From the NCBI RefSeq assembly GCF_006345805.1, contig NW_021833951.1, positions 1-64,000 on the forward strand: a stretch of 64,000 nucleotides of DNA, given 5' to 3'. A program made the translations under genes and the position numbers. Below are positions 12,909 through 26,310 of this stretch, one piece after another; position 1 is the stretch's first letter; each line of letters starts with the position of its first letter. The notes under the pieces were generated by a model, which did not search any database, was not told the DNA's origin, and worked only from the letters and a program-made list of their open reading frames with translations. The stretch is from Octopus sinensis. Lineage: Eukaryota.

Positions 12909-12943
12909 AGAAAAAATAAGGTATTCAGAGATCTGGATGGTTG

Positions 12944-12988
<45 letters not shown>

Positions 12989-13038
12989 ATACAAACTTGT
13001 ATATATATACATACATATATATATATATTATATATATA

Positions 13039-13117
<79 letters not shown>

Positions 13118-13590
13118 ATATATACAAGTTTGTATAGGTATATATATATATATATATATATATAAGTACTAAGCTTACAAAGAATAAGTTCTGGGGTCGA
13201 TTTATTCTACTAAAGGCGATGCTCCAGCATGGCCGCAGTCAAATAACTGAAACAAGTAATAGAATAAAAGAATAAAAGAATATAATGCAATTGAAATTAT
13301 TACATTGTATATTATGCACTTTATTTCCACTATTATTACATAACACACACACACACAACCACACACACACACACACGCACACGCGCGCGCACACACATAA
13401 TACAAAGGTAGCGAGCTGGCAGAATCGTTAGCATACCGAGCAAAATGCTTAGCGCCAAAATGTCTAGTGGCCTTTACGTTCCAAGTTCAAATGCCACCTA
13501 GGTCAAATTTGTCTCTCATTCTTTCGAGGGCGATAAAATAAATACCAGTTATTAACCCATTTTCCCCCAAAAAATTGAAACCAATATATG

Positions 13591-14252
13591 TAGGGCAAAT
13601 CAAATTTGAAAACTTATTCTTTCTAGGCTGTCTGGTATTAGTCCACGGCTCGGTGGTTGAGGCGCCTTGATCTACGGAATACTAAGTTCATTGTGAAAAA
13701 CTATCAACTTAGTAGGCAAAATATTTAGCTTACATTCGCACCCGTCAGCGTGTCAACATGCTAACCATTGAAGAACGTACGTCTTTAGTTGAATGGGTGT
13801 TTCGAGCTGGAAACAAATACACGGATACTGTGAAACAGAAGTTCAGTGAAACTTTCCCAAATATTGTTGTTCCACATCGTGACACTGTGCAGGATTTGAT
13901 AGGAAAATTTAGAAATACAGGCTCAGTGGAAGACGCAGCAAGAAACGGTAGGCCTACTGTTCTTTCGGACGAAACACTCTCCAATATTTCTGATAAACTG
14001 TTGGCAAGCCCGTCAAAGTCCTGACGCAAATTGTCACAGGAAACTGAAATAAGCCTAAGAAGTGCTCACATGAATAGTAAAAAAGAAAATAAATTTCATG
14101 TATTGAAAATGAAGGACGACACTTTCAAAACCTCTTAAAGTTTTTTAAAGTCTTCTAAAGTCTAATATATTCTTTTGTAGTCTTAAACCATCTTGTGAAT
14201 ATTTATTTTGCAATAAAATACTTACTAAGGAGAGACTTTTTGAACACCCTAT
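13591..14252 (+). mobile_element. Internally deleted Tc1/mariner element (N-terminal HTH, DUF4817-like)
   Basis: ORF 13758-14024 MLTIEERTSLVEW...FSETFP...IGKFRNTGSVEDAARNGRP; right end TTTTGAACACCC-TA, left end degenerate. Confidence 0.65.
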
Positions 14253-14361
14253 AGATAGCCATTACCTGCCGAGTTGACAGAATGTCTAATTGCAGTTCAA
14301 TAGATTCAGAGCTCATATTGTGTACTACGATGTGTTGTTGGATGTTTCACTCTTTATTCTT

Positions 14362-15112
14362 TTCTACTCTTGGCACAAGGACCGAAATTTTGGGGTTGGG
14401 GTGCCAGTCGATTAGATCGACCCCAACACGCAACTGCTACTGAATTAATCGACCCCGAAAGGATGAAAGGCAAAGTTGACCTCGGCAGAATTTGAACTCA
14501 GAACGGCGTGCAAACGTTTCTTATTTCTTTACTGCTCACTCGTGGCTAAACATAGAGGGTACAAACAAGGATAGACAAAGAGATAAAGTCGATTACATCG
14601 ACCCCAGGACGCAACTGGTACTTAATTTATCGACCCCGAAAGGATGAAAGGCAAAGTCGACCTCGGCGGAATTTGAACTCAGAACATATCGGCAGACGAA
14701 ATACCTATTTCTATACTACCCACAAGGGGCTAAACAGAGAGAGGACAAACAAGGACAGACAAAGGGATTAAGTCGATTTTATCGACCCTAGTGCGTAACC
14801 GGTACTTATTTAATCGACCCCGAGGTAAAGTCGACCTCGGCGGAATTTGAACTCAGAACGTCAAGACAGACGAAATACCTATTTCTTTACTACCGAGAAG
14901 GGGCTAAACACAGAGGAGACAAACAAGGACAAACAGACGGATTAAGTCGACTATATCGACCCCAGTGCGTAACTGGTACTTAATTTATCGATCCCGAAAG
15001 GATGAAAGGTAAAGTCGACCTCGGCGGAATTTGAACGCAGAACGTAACGGCAGACGAAATACCGCTAAGCATTTCGCCCGACGTGCAAACGTTTCTGCCA
15101 GTTTGCCGCCTT
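14362..15112 (-). mobile_element. SINE family A tetramer
   Basis: Four reverse-complement cores in tandem. Confidence 0.8.
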
Positions 15113-15451
15113 GTTTAACTCTCTTATTATCTTGTAAATGACACACCAGATCGTGGTAGGCAACGGAGGAACTGCTTGGTTAATAAACATACGGTGCAGG
15201 TTCGAACCTATTTACCTCCGCAGACAGCATATCTTTTATCGTTTACTTGTTTCAGTCACTGTGGCCATGCTGGGGTTCAGCCTTGAAGGATTCAGTCGAA
15301 GGAATCGCCTTCAGCACTTAATTTTTAAATTTGGTACCTTTTCCATTGGTCTCTTTAAAGGAAGTGCTAAGTTATACGAGCATAAGAAAACAAACACCAG
15401 TTCTTAAGCAAAATGCAGAGACAAATATAAACGAAAAGCTACACGCACACA

Positions 15452-15510
<59 letters not shown>

Positions 15511-16099
15511 CTTTTTGAAAAGTTTTTCTCGAAGCACTCACTTAGAAAAAGTTGAAGACTACTAGTGGGACTTGAATTCACGTCTCCTTCGATTTTTTCT
15601 ATCCAAAAGGGAATTTCACCCCAATATCAACAGACTATTATCTGTAGAATTTATGTGTGTGCTTCGAGATACACTGGTCAAAAAAAAAAAAAAGAATTAT
15701 TTCACGTTCTCACAAAGTTTTTTTAAAAACTCATTTGCCGTCAATGACATCCGATTCTCGCTGGTAAGACAAAAATTCTGAAATTGAGACAAAATTTCGA
15801 AGGATAGCTTTAGTCCAATTGTAGGAACATTTCTGGTCTACAGGACATGTGGGTTCGAGTCTCCCGAACAGCCTTCGACTTCGAGATTCTCTATTCTACC
15901 TCACCAAATTATTTCACGTTCTCTCGAAAGTTAATAAAAAGAAATTCCTATGACGTTAACAATATCTGTCTGTTTATCTATCAATCTGATCGTTGTCCCT
16001 ATTTTTCTTTTGCTTTGTTTTCGCCCCCATTGGAAAAGAAAAACTCTACATTGTAATTGTCCCCTCTGTATCCAGCCCTGTGTGGCCAATAAAGAAAGT

Positions 16100-16104
16100 T
16101 ATCA

Positions 16105-16147
<43 letters not shown>

Positions 16148-16155
16148 CCTCTCTG

Positions 16156-16187
<32 letters not shown>

Positions 16188-16308
16188 CTATCTATCTATC
16201 TATCTATCCATCTCTGTCTATCTATCTATCTGTCTATCTATCTATCTATCTATCCATCTCTGTCTATCTATCTATCTGTCTATCTATCTATCTATCTATC
16301 CATCTCTG

Positions 16309-16347
<39 letters not shown>

Positions 16348-16404
16348 CTATCTATCTATCTATCTATCTATCTATCCATCTATCTATCTATCCATCCATC
16401 TCTG

Positions 16405-16495
<91 letters not shown>

Positions 16496-16610
16496 CTGTC
16501 TATCTATCTATCTATCTATCTATCTATCCATCTCTGTCTATCTATCCATCTCTGTCTATCTATTTATCTATCTATCTATCTATCTATCCATCCATCTATC
16601 TATCTCTATA
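16100..16610. repeat. (TATC)n microsatellite
   Basis: Directly visible; source of the YLSI ORFs. Confidence 0.95.
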
Positions 16611-16724
16611 TATATACATACATACGTACATATATACACATGCGCACACACACGCATATACACGCGCGCACGCACATACACACCCACCCGCATACCCGCA
16701 CAAACGAACACACACAGGTATATG

Positions 16725-17495
16725 TACGACGAGTTACAAAACAGGTCTTTAGTCTCAATGCATTACAGAAGATGGTGGGAGATTTTTGAAAATCGGAAAG
16801 TGCGAGCAAAATGGTTATCTCAGCAACTGACACTCGATTTTAAGTCAATAAGGAAATACTTTTTTTTCCAGCCTGGTGTTAAGGGGATAGGAACGAAGAT
16901 TCAGTACATGTAATGGTATCATGAATCATCAATCGGCTCAGAATGCCATGGGAATTGGTTTTGAGGACAAAGAGGGTGTCATTCTCCTTGATTTTCTGTA
17001 ACGTAGGGAAGCACTCCGTCGGTTACGACGACGAGGGTTCCGGTTGATCCGAATCAAACGGAACAGCCTGCTCGTGAAATTAACGTGTAAGTGGCTGAGC
17101 ACTCTACAGACACGTGTACCCTTAACGTAGTTCTCGGGGATATTCAGCGTGACACAGAGAGTGACAAGGCCGGTCCCTTGAAATACAGGTACAACAGAAA
17201 CAGGAAGAAAGAGTGAGAGAAAGTTGTGGTGAAAGAGTACAGCAGGGATCACCCCCCCTGCCGGAGCCTCGTGGAGCTTTAGGTGTTTTCGCTCAATAAA
17301 CACTCACAACGCCCGGTCTGGGAATCGAAACCGCGGTCCTACGACCGCGAGTCCGCTGCCCTAACCACTGGGCCATTGCGCCTCCACGGTGCTGTGAATA
17401 GCGAACGATACACTGAGATTCTCAAAAAGCTTAGAGAAGCCATTAGGAGGAAGAGACCAGGCAGGGGTCTAAAAACGATGCACCATTCATCATGA
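16725..17495 (+). mobile_element. Decayed mariner transposase interrupted by a SINE
   Basis: KVRAKWLSQQLT, EGVILLDFL and, after the SINE, VNSERYTEILKKLREAIRRKRPG. Confidence 0.65.
17010..17388 (-). mobile_element. tRNA-derived SINE family D
   Basis: Minus strand GGAGGCGCAATGGCCCAGTGGTTAGGGCAGCGGACTCGCGG...GGTTTCGATTCCCAGACC; the head is shared with 31445-31742, 34660-34890 and 61638-61955. Confidence 0.8.
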
Positions 17496-18429
17496 TAATG
17501 TGTGACCACGTAGGTCTTTGGGAACAAATCAGCCAAATTGGTCTGGTCAGTGCCTATTCCCTACCCACAACCGTACATACTGTGTGATGACGTCAGCAGC
17601 TGGACGTCAGCAGCTGGGTGCGTTGACCGGAAGCTGGGGCAACCGGAAGGGGTCAGCCGTCAGGCGTGCGCAGGAAGCGGTCAATTGGCCCTTCCCAACG
17701 TGGGTCGTGCAGGTGACAAGACGTGTGAAGACGTCGCTAAGGGTTTGGGCTAGCAGCTGCTATCGTTAGTGTTCGGGTTGGGGCTGTGTTGAAGGACTAG
17801 TTATCTGGAGGGTCTCCGTCACTAAGAAGAGAAGGTAGGTGCCTTTATATTCAAATCGCGCACACACTACACATACGTTGAATTTATTAAACAGGATTCG
17901 AGAAATGGGTTCAACGATGGCACGAGTACACCACTTGTGATGGGGACTAAATAGAGTAGTATCCTTGGAAATAGAAAAGAAATCAGTTAATAAAATAGAT
18001 ATGTTTGTATTTGTATTGCTTTTGGTAGAAATCTCGCACATACATACGTAATCACGTACGTACATACATAGATGTATAAAGTCAGGCAGTCAAATATTGC
18101 GTGACACAAAGCCGTTAAGACATTCGGCTTAACCGTTTAAACAGAGATAAAATTTAGTTGGTATTTATTTCGTCAATTTCGGAACAACAACAAGCAAAAA
18201 CACCCCTGAAATATGTTGCAAAATTTAAATCATTAACGCATAAAATTTTTATTTCGTTCTATACGTAAGGACAATAAAATAATAATAATAATAATAATAA
18301 TCTTTTCTAGCGATTTTCCTTGCTTGGTAAATACGATTGTCCAAGTCAGGACTGTAGAATAAGTAGATGTATTATTACTATTATTATTATTAATATTATT
18401 ATTATTATTATTATTAATAATAATAATAA

Positions 18430-18480
<51 letters not shown>

Positions 18481-18481
<1 letters not shown>

Positions 18482-18852
18482 GGAGAGCATCATAGCCATG
18501 TGTTGGGGGAGCATCATAGCCATGTAATGAGGGAGCATCATAGCCATGTGTTGAAAGGAATTCTTGGAGGTTTGGATAATTCACCTTTGGAAACATGAGT
18601 GGTTCGTTCAAAATCCTTAAACAATCCATGTTCAGGGACCTGTTGAGCAGGATGGGCCACTCGACCAAAAGAAAATTCTAACTGGGGCCCTACCTGTAAG
18701 GTCACGTGCTGTTTATCTTGATATGAGACCACCATCTCTCGTACATTTGGTTGTGATGCATGTGCCTAGTGTACCCATATCAGACGGGGTAGTCATGATG
18801 GGTATACTGGGCTTCGTATATGTCACTTTGATGGCAGGCACTGCTCTCTCTC
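18481..18852 (+). mobile_element. (TAA)n-associated element family E, 5' truncated copy
   Basis: Homologous to the 3' part of 18946-19500; flanked by (AAT)n on both sides. Confidence 0.75.
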
Positions 18853-18882
18853 AATAATAATAATAATAATGATAATAATAAC

Positions 18883-18945
<63 letters not shown>

Positions 18946-18946
<1 letters not shown>

Positions 18947-19500
18947 GCCCTGATGCAGTACCAGGCAGTGGCTCTCATGGCTTCTGATCTTAACTGATTG
19001 GAAGTGTTATCATGTACATTGTTTTGTCTTGGTATAAAAGATGGGCTACAGCAAATATTCTGCTCAATACCACAGATTTGCTTGTCAGTTGTTTGACCTT
19101 AACCAGTTGAGCATGTCCCTTAGTGGCTGACGATATGTGCATCTCTGATCACGAGCAGAAGTAGTGGGGGAGCATCATAGCCATGTGTTGAGAGGAATTC
19201 TTTGGGGTTTGAATAGTTCACCTCTGGAAACATGGGTGGTTCTTTCAACATCCTTAAACAACCCTTATTCAGGGACCGTTTGAGCGGGATGGGCTACTCA
19301 ACCTGAAGAAAATTCTAACTGGGCCCCACCTGCAAGGTCATGTGCTGTTTATCTTGATATGAGATCACCATGTCACGCACATATGGTTGTGATGCATGTG
19401 CCTGGTGTACCTTTATCAGACAGGTAGTCATGATGGGTATATTGGGCTTCGTATATTTTACCCCAGTGTCACTTTGATGGCATGAACTGCTCTCTCACTC
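18946..19500 (+). mobile_element. (TAA)n-associated element family E, full ~555 bp copy
   Basis: TGCCCTGATGCAGTACC...GCTCTCTCACTC between AAT tracts; other copies at 40390, 62110 and 62752. Confidence 0.8.
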
Positions 19501-19770
19501 AATAATATTAATAATAATAATAATCCTTTCTACTATAAACACAAGGCCTGAAATTTGGTGGATGGGGCTAGTCGATTACATCGGCCCTAGTGTTTAAGTG
19601 ACTCTTATTTCTTATATCTAGAGAATAAAAGGCAAAATTGACTGTGGCGGAATTTGAACTCAGAACGTAAAGACAGACGAAATGCCACTAAGCATTTTGC
19701 CCGGCGTACTTACGATTCTGTTAGTTCGCTGTCTTAAACAACAAGAAAGATAATAAACATATGTGCTTAC

Positions 19771-19783
19771 CTCGGATCGCCAT
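19771..19783 (-). CDS. SRCR-domain gene, first coding micro-exon (MAIRG)
   Basis: cagcacgATGGCGATCCGAG|gtaagc: good Kozak context and strong donor. Phase 1, compatible with the 8925-8975 exon. Lies directly downstream of a TATA/Inr pair. Confidence 0.65.
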
Positions 19784-19789
19784 CGTGCT

Positions 19790-19872
19790 GAATGGCCGGG
19801 GAAGTTAAATATTTTGGTTTTATACCCGTAGAAGCATATCCGCCAAGAAAACTTCAATCAATATTAGCCAAT
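19790..19872 (-). promoter_or_regulatory. Core promoter of SRCR gene (CCAAT box, TATA box, Inr)
   Basis: Minus-strand TATAAAA at 19824-19818, Inr-like GCCATT with its A at 19793 (31 nt from the first T of TATA), and CCAAT/ATTGG at 19868-19872; the Inr lies just upstream of the predicted ATG at 19783. Confidence 0.55.
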
Positions 19873-20190
19873 GACATGGTTTAATTTTTATCTTACACCT
19901 CATATTTCAATAACGGTGGAGATATTCAAATAAACACAGGATCATGTATGCAAATATGACAAACAAACAAACAAACACACACACACACATATATAGACAC
20001 ACACAACAAGATGAAATAGATAAAAAGGACATGGTTGTATACTTCACATGCACACATACATATGTACATATACGTGTTTCTATATGTGTGTATGTGTGTG
20101 TGTGAAATTATACATGTGCATATAACACACACACACACTCTCTTGTTGTAACTACCCCCCTCTCTCTCTCTCTCCATCTCTCTCTTTCCC

Positions 20191-20221
<31 letters not shown>

Positions 20222-20455
20222 TAATAATGAAGGGTACGCGAGATAACACCAGCATGCCAAAATAGCAGTCGAAAACAATTAACGACCGCAAATTTTCACT
20301 AAAACACAAAGGTGAAATTCTGGGGGAATTTGTCATTTCTTTTCTGTTTTTTTACCAATGTAACCAGGTATGCCCGAGGGCGCGGTGATACCCTCTGACT
20401 CTCACTACCTTGCTATACTTGTGTAAATAAATGTACTGTGTGTGTGTATACATAT

Positions 20456-20524
<69 letters not shown>

Positions 20525-20618
20525 ATGTTTATATATGTATGTATATATATGTATAAATATCTATATATGTATAAATATATATATATATATATATGCATAT
20601 ATATATATATATGTATAA

Positions 20619-20649
<31 letters not shown>

Positions 20650-20874
20650 CATATATATATGTATTTATGCATATATATATGTATATATATATACATATAT
20701 ATATGCATATATATATGCATATACATTTATATATGCATATATATGTATATATTTGCATATATATATGTATATATATATGCATATATATATACATGCATAT
20801 ACGTATATATATATATGCATATACGTATGCATATATATATATATATGCATATATGTATATATATATATATATAT

Positions 20875-21540
20875 ATCACTTTGATCACTTTGACCGACCA
20901 GTCCGTCAGGCGTCCATTTGACACCGCTGATCACAGCACGCTGTCCACTCCTCTCTGGATCGCGCCTTTCTCATCCACGTAACCCCAATCATCCTCCTGA
21001 AATCGTAATTCCACCGTCGTGGAGGTCTTCCGGGTGGTCTTTTCCCCTCACGCGGGTACCACTCGACAACTGCGTGCGTCCACCGATTATCGGTGAGCCG
21101 GGCAACGTGTCCAGCCCATCTATACTGGCTGCGTGTATACTCTGCGATGACATCTCTCACGCCGGACTTCTTTCTGATGGTCTTGCTACTTATGTGCTCT
21201 CTCAACGAGATACCAAGCATTGACCTTTCCATGGCTCTTTGAGCCGTTGCCAGTCTTTGCTCTTCTCTCTTTGTGGTAGCCCATGTTTCACTACCATATA
21301 ACATTGCAGGCAGAACTGCACTGTTAATGAGGTTGGCGCGGGTGGTCCTGCCCAACCTTCCCTTGAGCACATCCCTTATGCCATTGAACGCCTTCCATCC
21401 GGCCCTTACTCTCCGTGAGATCTCCTTTTTGATATCCCGGCGCATATTACTTCCTGTCCCAGGTAGACATATTCTCTCACCTCCTCTATTTCATCACTGC
21501 CGATCACCATTCGACCTGTTGGTACTTGTTTGACCGCATG
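20875..21540 (-). mobile_element. RTE-clade LINE 3' fragment
   Basis: EISRRVRAGWKAF...LPAMLYGSETW...RWAGHVAR...GKRPPGRPPRRW; short tandem 3' tail TCAAAGTGA x2; flanked by (TA)n. Confidence 0.88.
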
Positions 21541-21584
21541 AACTTTGTTTTCATGCGGTTCATATAATCGCATGAACCGCATAT

Positions 21585-21633
<49 letters not shown>

Positions 21634-21641
21634 TATATATT

Positions 21642-21672
<31 letters not shown>

Positions 21673-21724
21673 TTATATATGCATATATATGTGCATATAT
21701 ATATGTATGTGTATATTTTTTCTT

Positions 21725-23330
21725 TGTAGTTTCAGCTCAGAGCTGTGGCCATGCTGGAACACTTCCGTTTTGCTACACTGTTATTACCGAGAGTCTCCTC
21801 TAATATGTGGCATTTGGTGAAGAATGGAGTTTGATGTAGCTACCCTCATTTGCACCTCTTACCGTGGATTAGGTTCGTCTGGTCCAGAAAGAGGTCCTTG
21901 ATTTAAAAACGCCTACATCTACTTTGTGCAGGTTCATCAGACTCTTTGGGAGAATATTAAAAAGCCGTGGACTCCTGAAATCTAGGCTGTTGTAGTAACT
22001 GGTCCTGAAGCGCGATGGCGTTGCTGGGATCTTTGGCACTGTGCAGTGTCGACCCGTTCTGGCATTGGTGTAGCTTTCAATACCAAAATTTGGCAGAATT
22101 CTTTCTAGGATCTTCCAGATATATATTACTGCATATATCTCCCGCCTTCGCTCCAGGGACTAGAGTCTTAGCTGTTTCAGCCTTTCCCAGTAGCACGAGG
22201 TGTTGTAAAGAGACGATCTTCTTTGTGAAGCTTCGCTGGATTGCTTCAAGGTCCGCTGTTAATTTTACACTGTTGGGTGACCGTAGCTGGGAGCAGTAAT
22301 CCAGGCGGCTGAGGATGAATGTCCTCCAGAGGACCGTCATGGTTCCCTCCTCTCTGATCCTGAAGATTCTTAGGATCCATCCAGCCAGTCATCTACACTT
22401 GAAAAGAGGTATCATCACTCATGTCGATACCCAAATCCCTCACTGATTTAAGTTCTGGGATTGTAATTCCCTGTGAACCAGTGTACCGAGTAAGTTTCAT
22501 ATTCAGTTTTGGACGCTGGTAGCGCAGGGCTTGGAATTTTTGAGTATTACACTGCATATTATTATTCTCAGCCTATCTGTAAATTGAGTCCAATTCCTGC
22601 TGCAGATGTGCAACATCGCTGGGTTTCTGTATTTTCTGCAAGACTTTCGTATCGTCTGCGTATCTAGCAAGGGTGACTATCCGGGCAGTTGAGGGCATAT
22701 CTGAGAGGGCCACCATGAAAAGCAGTGGTCCCAAGACAGAGCCCTGTGGAACACCGCCCACTCTTTGTGTTTTCATTGAGGGGGCTCCATTGGCCACTAC
22801 TGCCTGACTACTATCTTTCAGAAAATCATGTAACCACTCTCCAAGTTTTCCAGCTATGCCGAGATCACGCAGTTTGTGACATATCATACCAAGATCCACT
22901 TTATCAAAATTTTTTGCAAAATCACGGTATATTACGTCCACATTTGAGTTGTTGAGTAACTGCCTCAACACACAGTCATAATGTTGTAAGAGCTGGGTCA
23001 GGCAGCTCCTACCTGGGCGAAAGCCATGCTGGGTATCACTCAGCAAGTTGTTTTCTTCAAGGAATGCAATTAGTTTCCCTCTGACTATCCGTTCCATGAC
23101 TTTGCTGATGTGTGAAGTCAGAGAGATAGGCCTATAGTTTTGGGCATGGGCTCTGCTTCTCCCTTTATGGATTGGGCATATTATTCCCCCCTTCAGCTTG
23201 CTTGGCAGTCTGTCATATGCAAGAAAGCTCTGGAAGAGAATCTGGAAGGGTTTTCCCAGGGCTTGCTTACACGATTTGAAGTGGATTCCTGGGAAAGCAT
23301 CAGAAACAGCAGGAAACCATCAGGACCTGC
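21725..23330 (-). mobile_element. CR1-group LINE, decayed RT region and 3' end
   Basis: QHGFRPGRSCLTQL, DFAKNFDKV, GVPQGSVLGPLLF, YADDTK motifs; frameshifts and stops. Confidence 0.9.
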
Positions 23331-23468
23331 AAATATATTTTTAATTTATACATACATATATATGTGTGTGTGTGTGTGTAAATATATGTGTAAATATATA
23401 TATATATATATATATAGTAATATTTGACAATTATTCGGTAGCCGTGATATAATATATACATATAATAA

Positions 23469-23525
<57 letters not shown>

Positions 23526-23654
23526 AATATATAATATATATAAATAATATATATATATATAATATATAAATAATATATATAATATAAATATAATATATAT
23601 ATTATATAAATATATATGTATATAATATATACATAATATATATATATATATTTA

Positions 23655-24660
23655 CCTAACCTTTTTTTTACCTAACTTTTAACATCGTCTCCGTCGAAAT
23701 AGTCACCTTGCGAAGCAATAAACGAGTCCCAGCGGTCCTGCCACTTTTGGAATCCGACCTGGAAGTCGTTTTCCTTAAATGAAGCGAGAACCTTTTGCGA
23801 TTTGCTCTTCATCTCGACAACGGTGTTAAAACAGCGACCTTTCAGCTGCATTTTCATCTCGGAGAAGAGACAGAAGTACGCAGATGCTAAATCTGGCGAA
23901 TAGGGTGGGTGCAGAAGTGATGCCATGTTGATTTGGCGAGAAATTTACGAGTAATGAGAGCTCAGTGACATATATATACATATATATATTAGAGCGGCGA
24001 GCTGGCAGAACTGTTAGCACGCCGGGCGAAATGCTTAGCGGTATTTTGTCTGCCGTGACGTTCTGAGTTCAAATTCCGCCGAGGTCGACTTTGCCTTTCA
24101 TCCTTTCGGGGTCGATTAAGTAAGTACCAGTTACGCACTGGGGTCGATATAATCGACTTAATCCGTTTGTCTGTCCATGTTTGTCCCTTCTGTGTGTAGC
24201 TCCCTGTGGGTAGTAAAGAAATAGACAGGGTGCCTTTATTGTCATGAGGAATCCAATTCTTCGCGCCCCAAATATCCGGTCGCTTTAGCCCAACGTCCTT
24301 CCTCAAACGCTTCAAAACATATTTGATTGTTCTCTGACGATCCTCATGCACAAGCGGATGAATTTCCTCCACATTTCCGGAAGTGGCGCTCGTGGCAGGT
24401 CTTCGGATCACTCATCGTCTTCCAGGGACGTTCTTCCGCTTGTGGGCGCCCGTGCCACTCAAAACATTGCGTATGACCCCACTGCCTTGTCGCTGTAAGC
24501 TTACCGAAGTATGCTCAATGTCTCTGTTGCAAACTTGCCGCGTTTAACGCAAAATTTCACCTTGCCTCTTCGTTCCAACTCCCTGCTCATGACATAAATC
24601 GCAGACTACAGCATACATGCGATCTCAAAAGCCCAATTTTCACAACTTGCGAAGTAAATA
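23655..24660 (-). mobile_element. Decayed mariner element interrupted by SINE A
   Basis: HPPYSPDLA...LKGRCF...WQDRW...GDYFDG C-terminus, and WIPHDN and EEIHPLVHEDRQRTI fragments. Confidence 0.78.
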
Positions 24661-24661
24661 C

Positions 24662-24893
24662 ATTTCTTTACTAACCACAAAGGGCTAAACACAGAGGAGA
24701 CAAACAAGGACAGACAAACGGATTAAGTCGATTATATCGACCCCAGTGCGTAACTGGTACTTAATTTATCGCCCCCGAAAGGATGAAAGGCAAAGTCGCT
24801 CTTGGTGGAATTTGAACTCAGAACGTAACGGCAGACAAAATACCGCTAGGCATTTCGCCCGGCGTGCTGACATTTCTGCCAGCTCGCCGCCTT
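24662..24893 (-). mobile_element. SINE family A monomer
   Basis: Complete head and core on the minus strand. Confidence 0.8.
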
Positions 24894-25067
24894 TTGCGAA
24901 GTAAAACAGTCAATCCGAAACTATCGATGAACATCATTGCCTAAGGCGAAGCGTGTTCTGATCCCCACTGCAATCATGTTGTTTGCGATGCGAACTTCTC
25001 AACAATATGGCTGTACCTCACAAAAGTAGGGGTCAGAGGTATAGTTTAGTGTAATAGTTTCTTTGAC

Positions 25068-25212
<145 letters not shown>

Positions 25213-25680
25213 CAGATAGATAGATATAATAGATAGATAGAATGTCAGGGAAACCCAATGAATAATAGAGACCTGGTAAATAAAGGAAATGCGATTATTT
25301 TGTCAGTTTATTTACCTGTTTGATAATAGCTACTCGAATTGGATATGTAATGTTAATACTGGCACAAAAAGAACTTGTGTAAAAAGGCGGTTTGCTTCAT
25401 AATGAAATCAAAGTGAAAAAACAAATATTTCTAAACAAATAAATATTCATACACCGGTTTTGTTTCCACAATGGAAGTGTATTAAATCTTGCACTGACAC
25501 CATTTTTTGATTTAAATAAAAAAAATTTTAAATTATCAGTGCCCCGTGAGAGTCTTTGGTATGCGGAAATTGTGCAGAATCCTAATACGTCTACCTACTT
25601 AGCAAGTAACCTACCTACCTACCTACACACATACGTACATACCTGCATACATATAGATTGATAGAGAGATACATTAAAGG

Positions 25681-25729
<49 letters not shown>

Positions 25730-25959
25730 TGACTGTCTGTCTGTTAGTCCATCATTCTATCTATCTTTTGTGTGTCTTTTTGTGCCTCTATCTCTATCAC
25801 ACACACGCAGACATATATATATACTTAATATAATATAATTGTAACATTCATTATCATTAAACTTTATTATCTACCTTTCTTTCAAGCACTTCTTTCAAAA
25901 TTGTTTTCTAATCATTCGCCATGCTTGACTGCTAAATCTAAAAGTTTTTTTCATTCTCT

Positions 25960-26091
25960 CTGTGTATTTTCTCTTATTGGAGAGCGTAGGCTCGAAACGT
26001 AAAAGACCTTTTCATTTTCTCGTGCGTCAAACTAATACACCTACTTATTGTTCATATACTTGTCTTCGTCTTTTGTTTTTCTATAAATTTC

Positions 26092-26135
<44 letters not shown>

Positions 26136-26310
26136 ATATATATAGGTAGAGTTTACGAAAAAAACAAAAGACGAAGACAAGTGGTGTACAAAACAAACAG
26201 ATGTATTAGTATAACGCTCAGGAATAGAAAAAGTCTTTTACGTTTCGAGCCTACGCTCTTCTACAGAAAGGGACACAGAAAAAACAAGGAGCGAAAAAAA
26301 TGTGTGTAGT
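25960..26310. mobile_element. Tail-to-tail Penelope-like terminal repeats around (TA)n with hammerhead-like motifs
   Basis: 25960-26095 and 26147-26270 are inverted copies; each contains GAGCGTAGGCTC-GAAACGTAAAAGAC. A third copy lies at 47566-47735 (minus). Confidence 0.55.
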
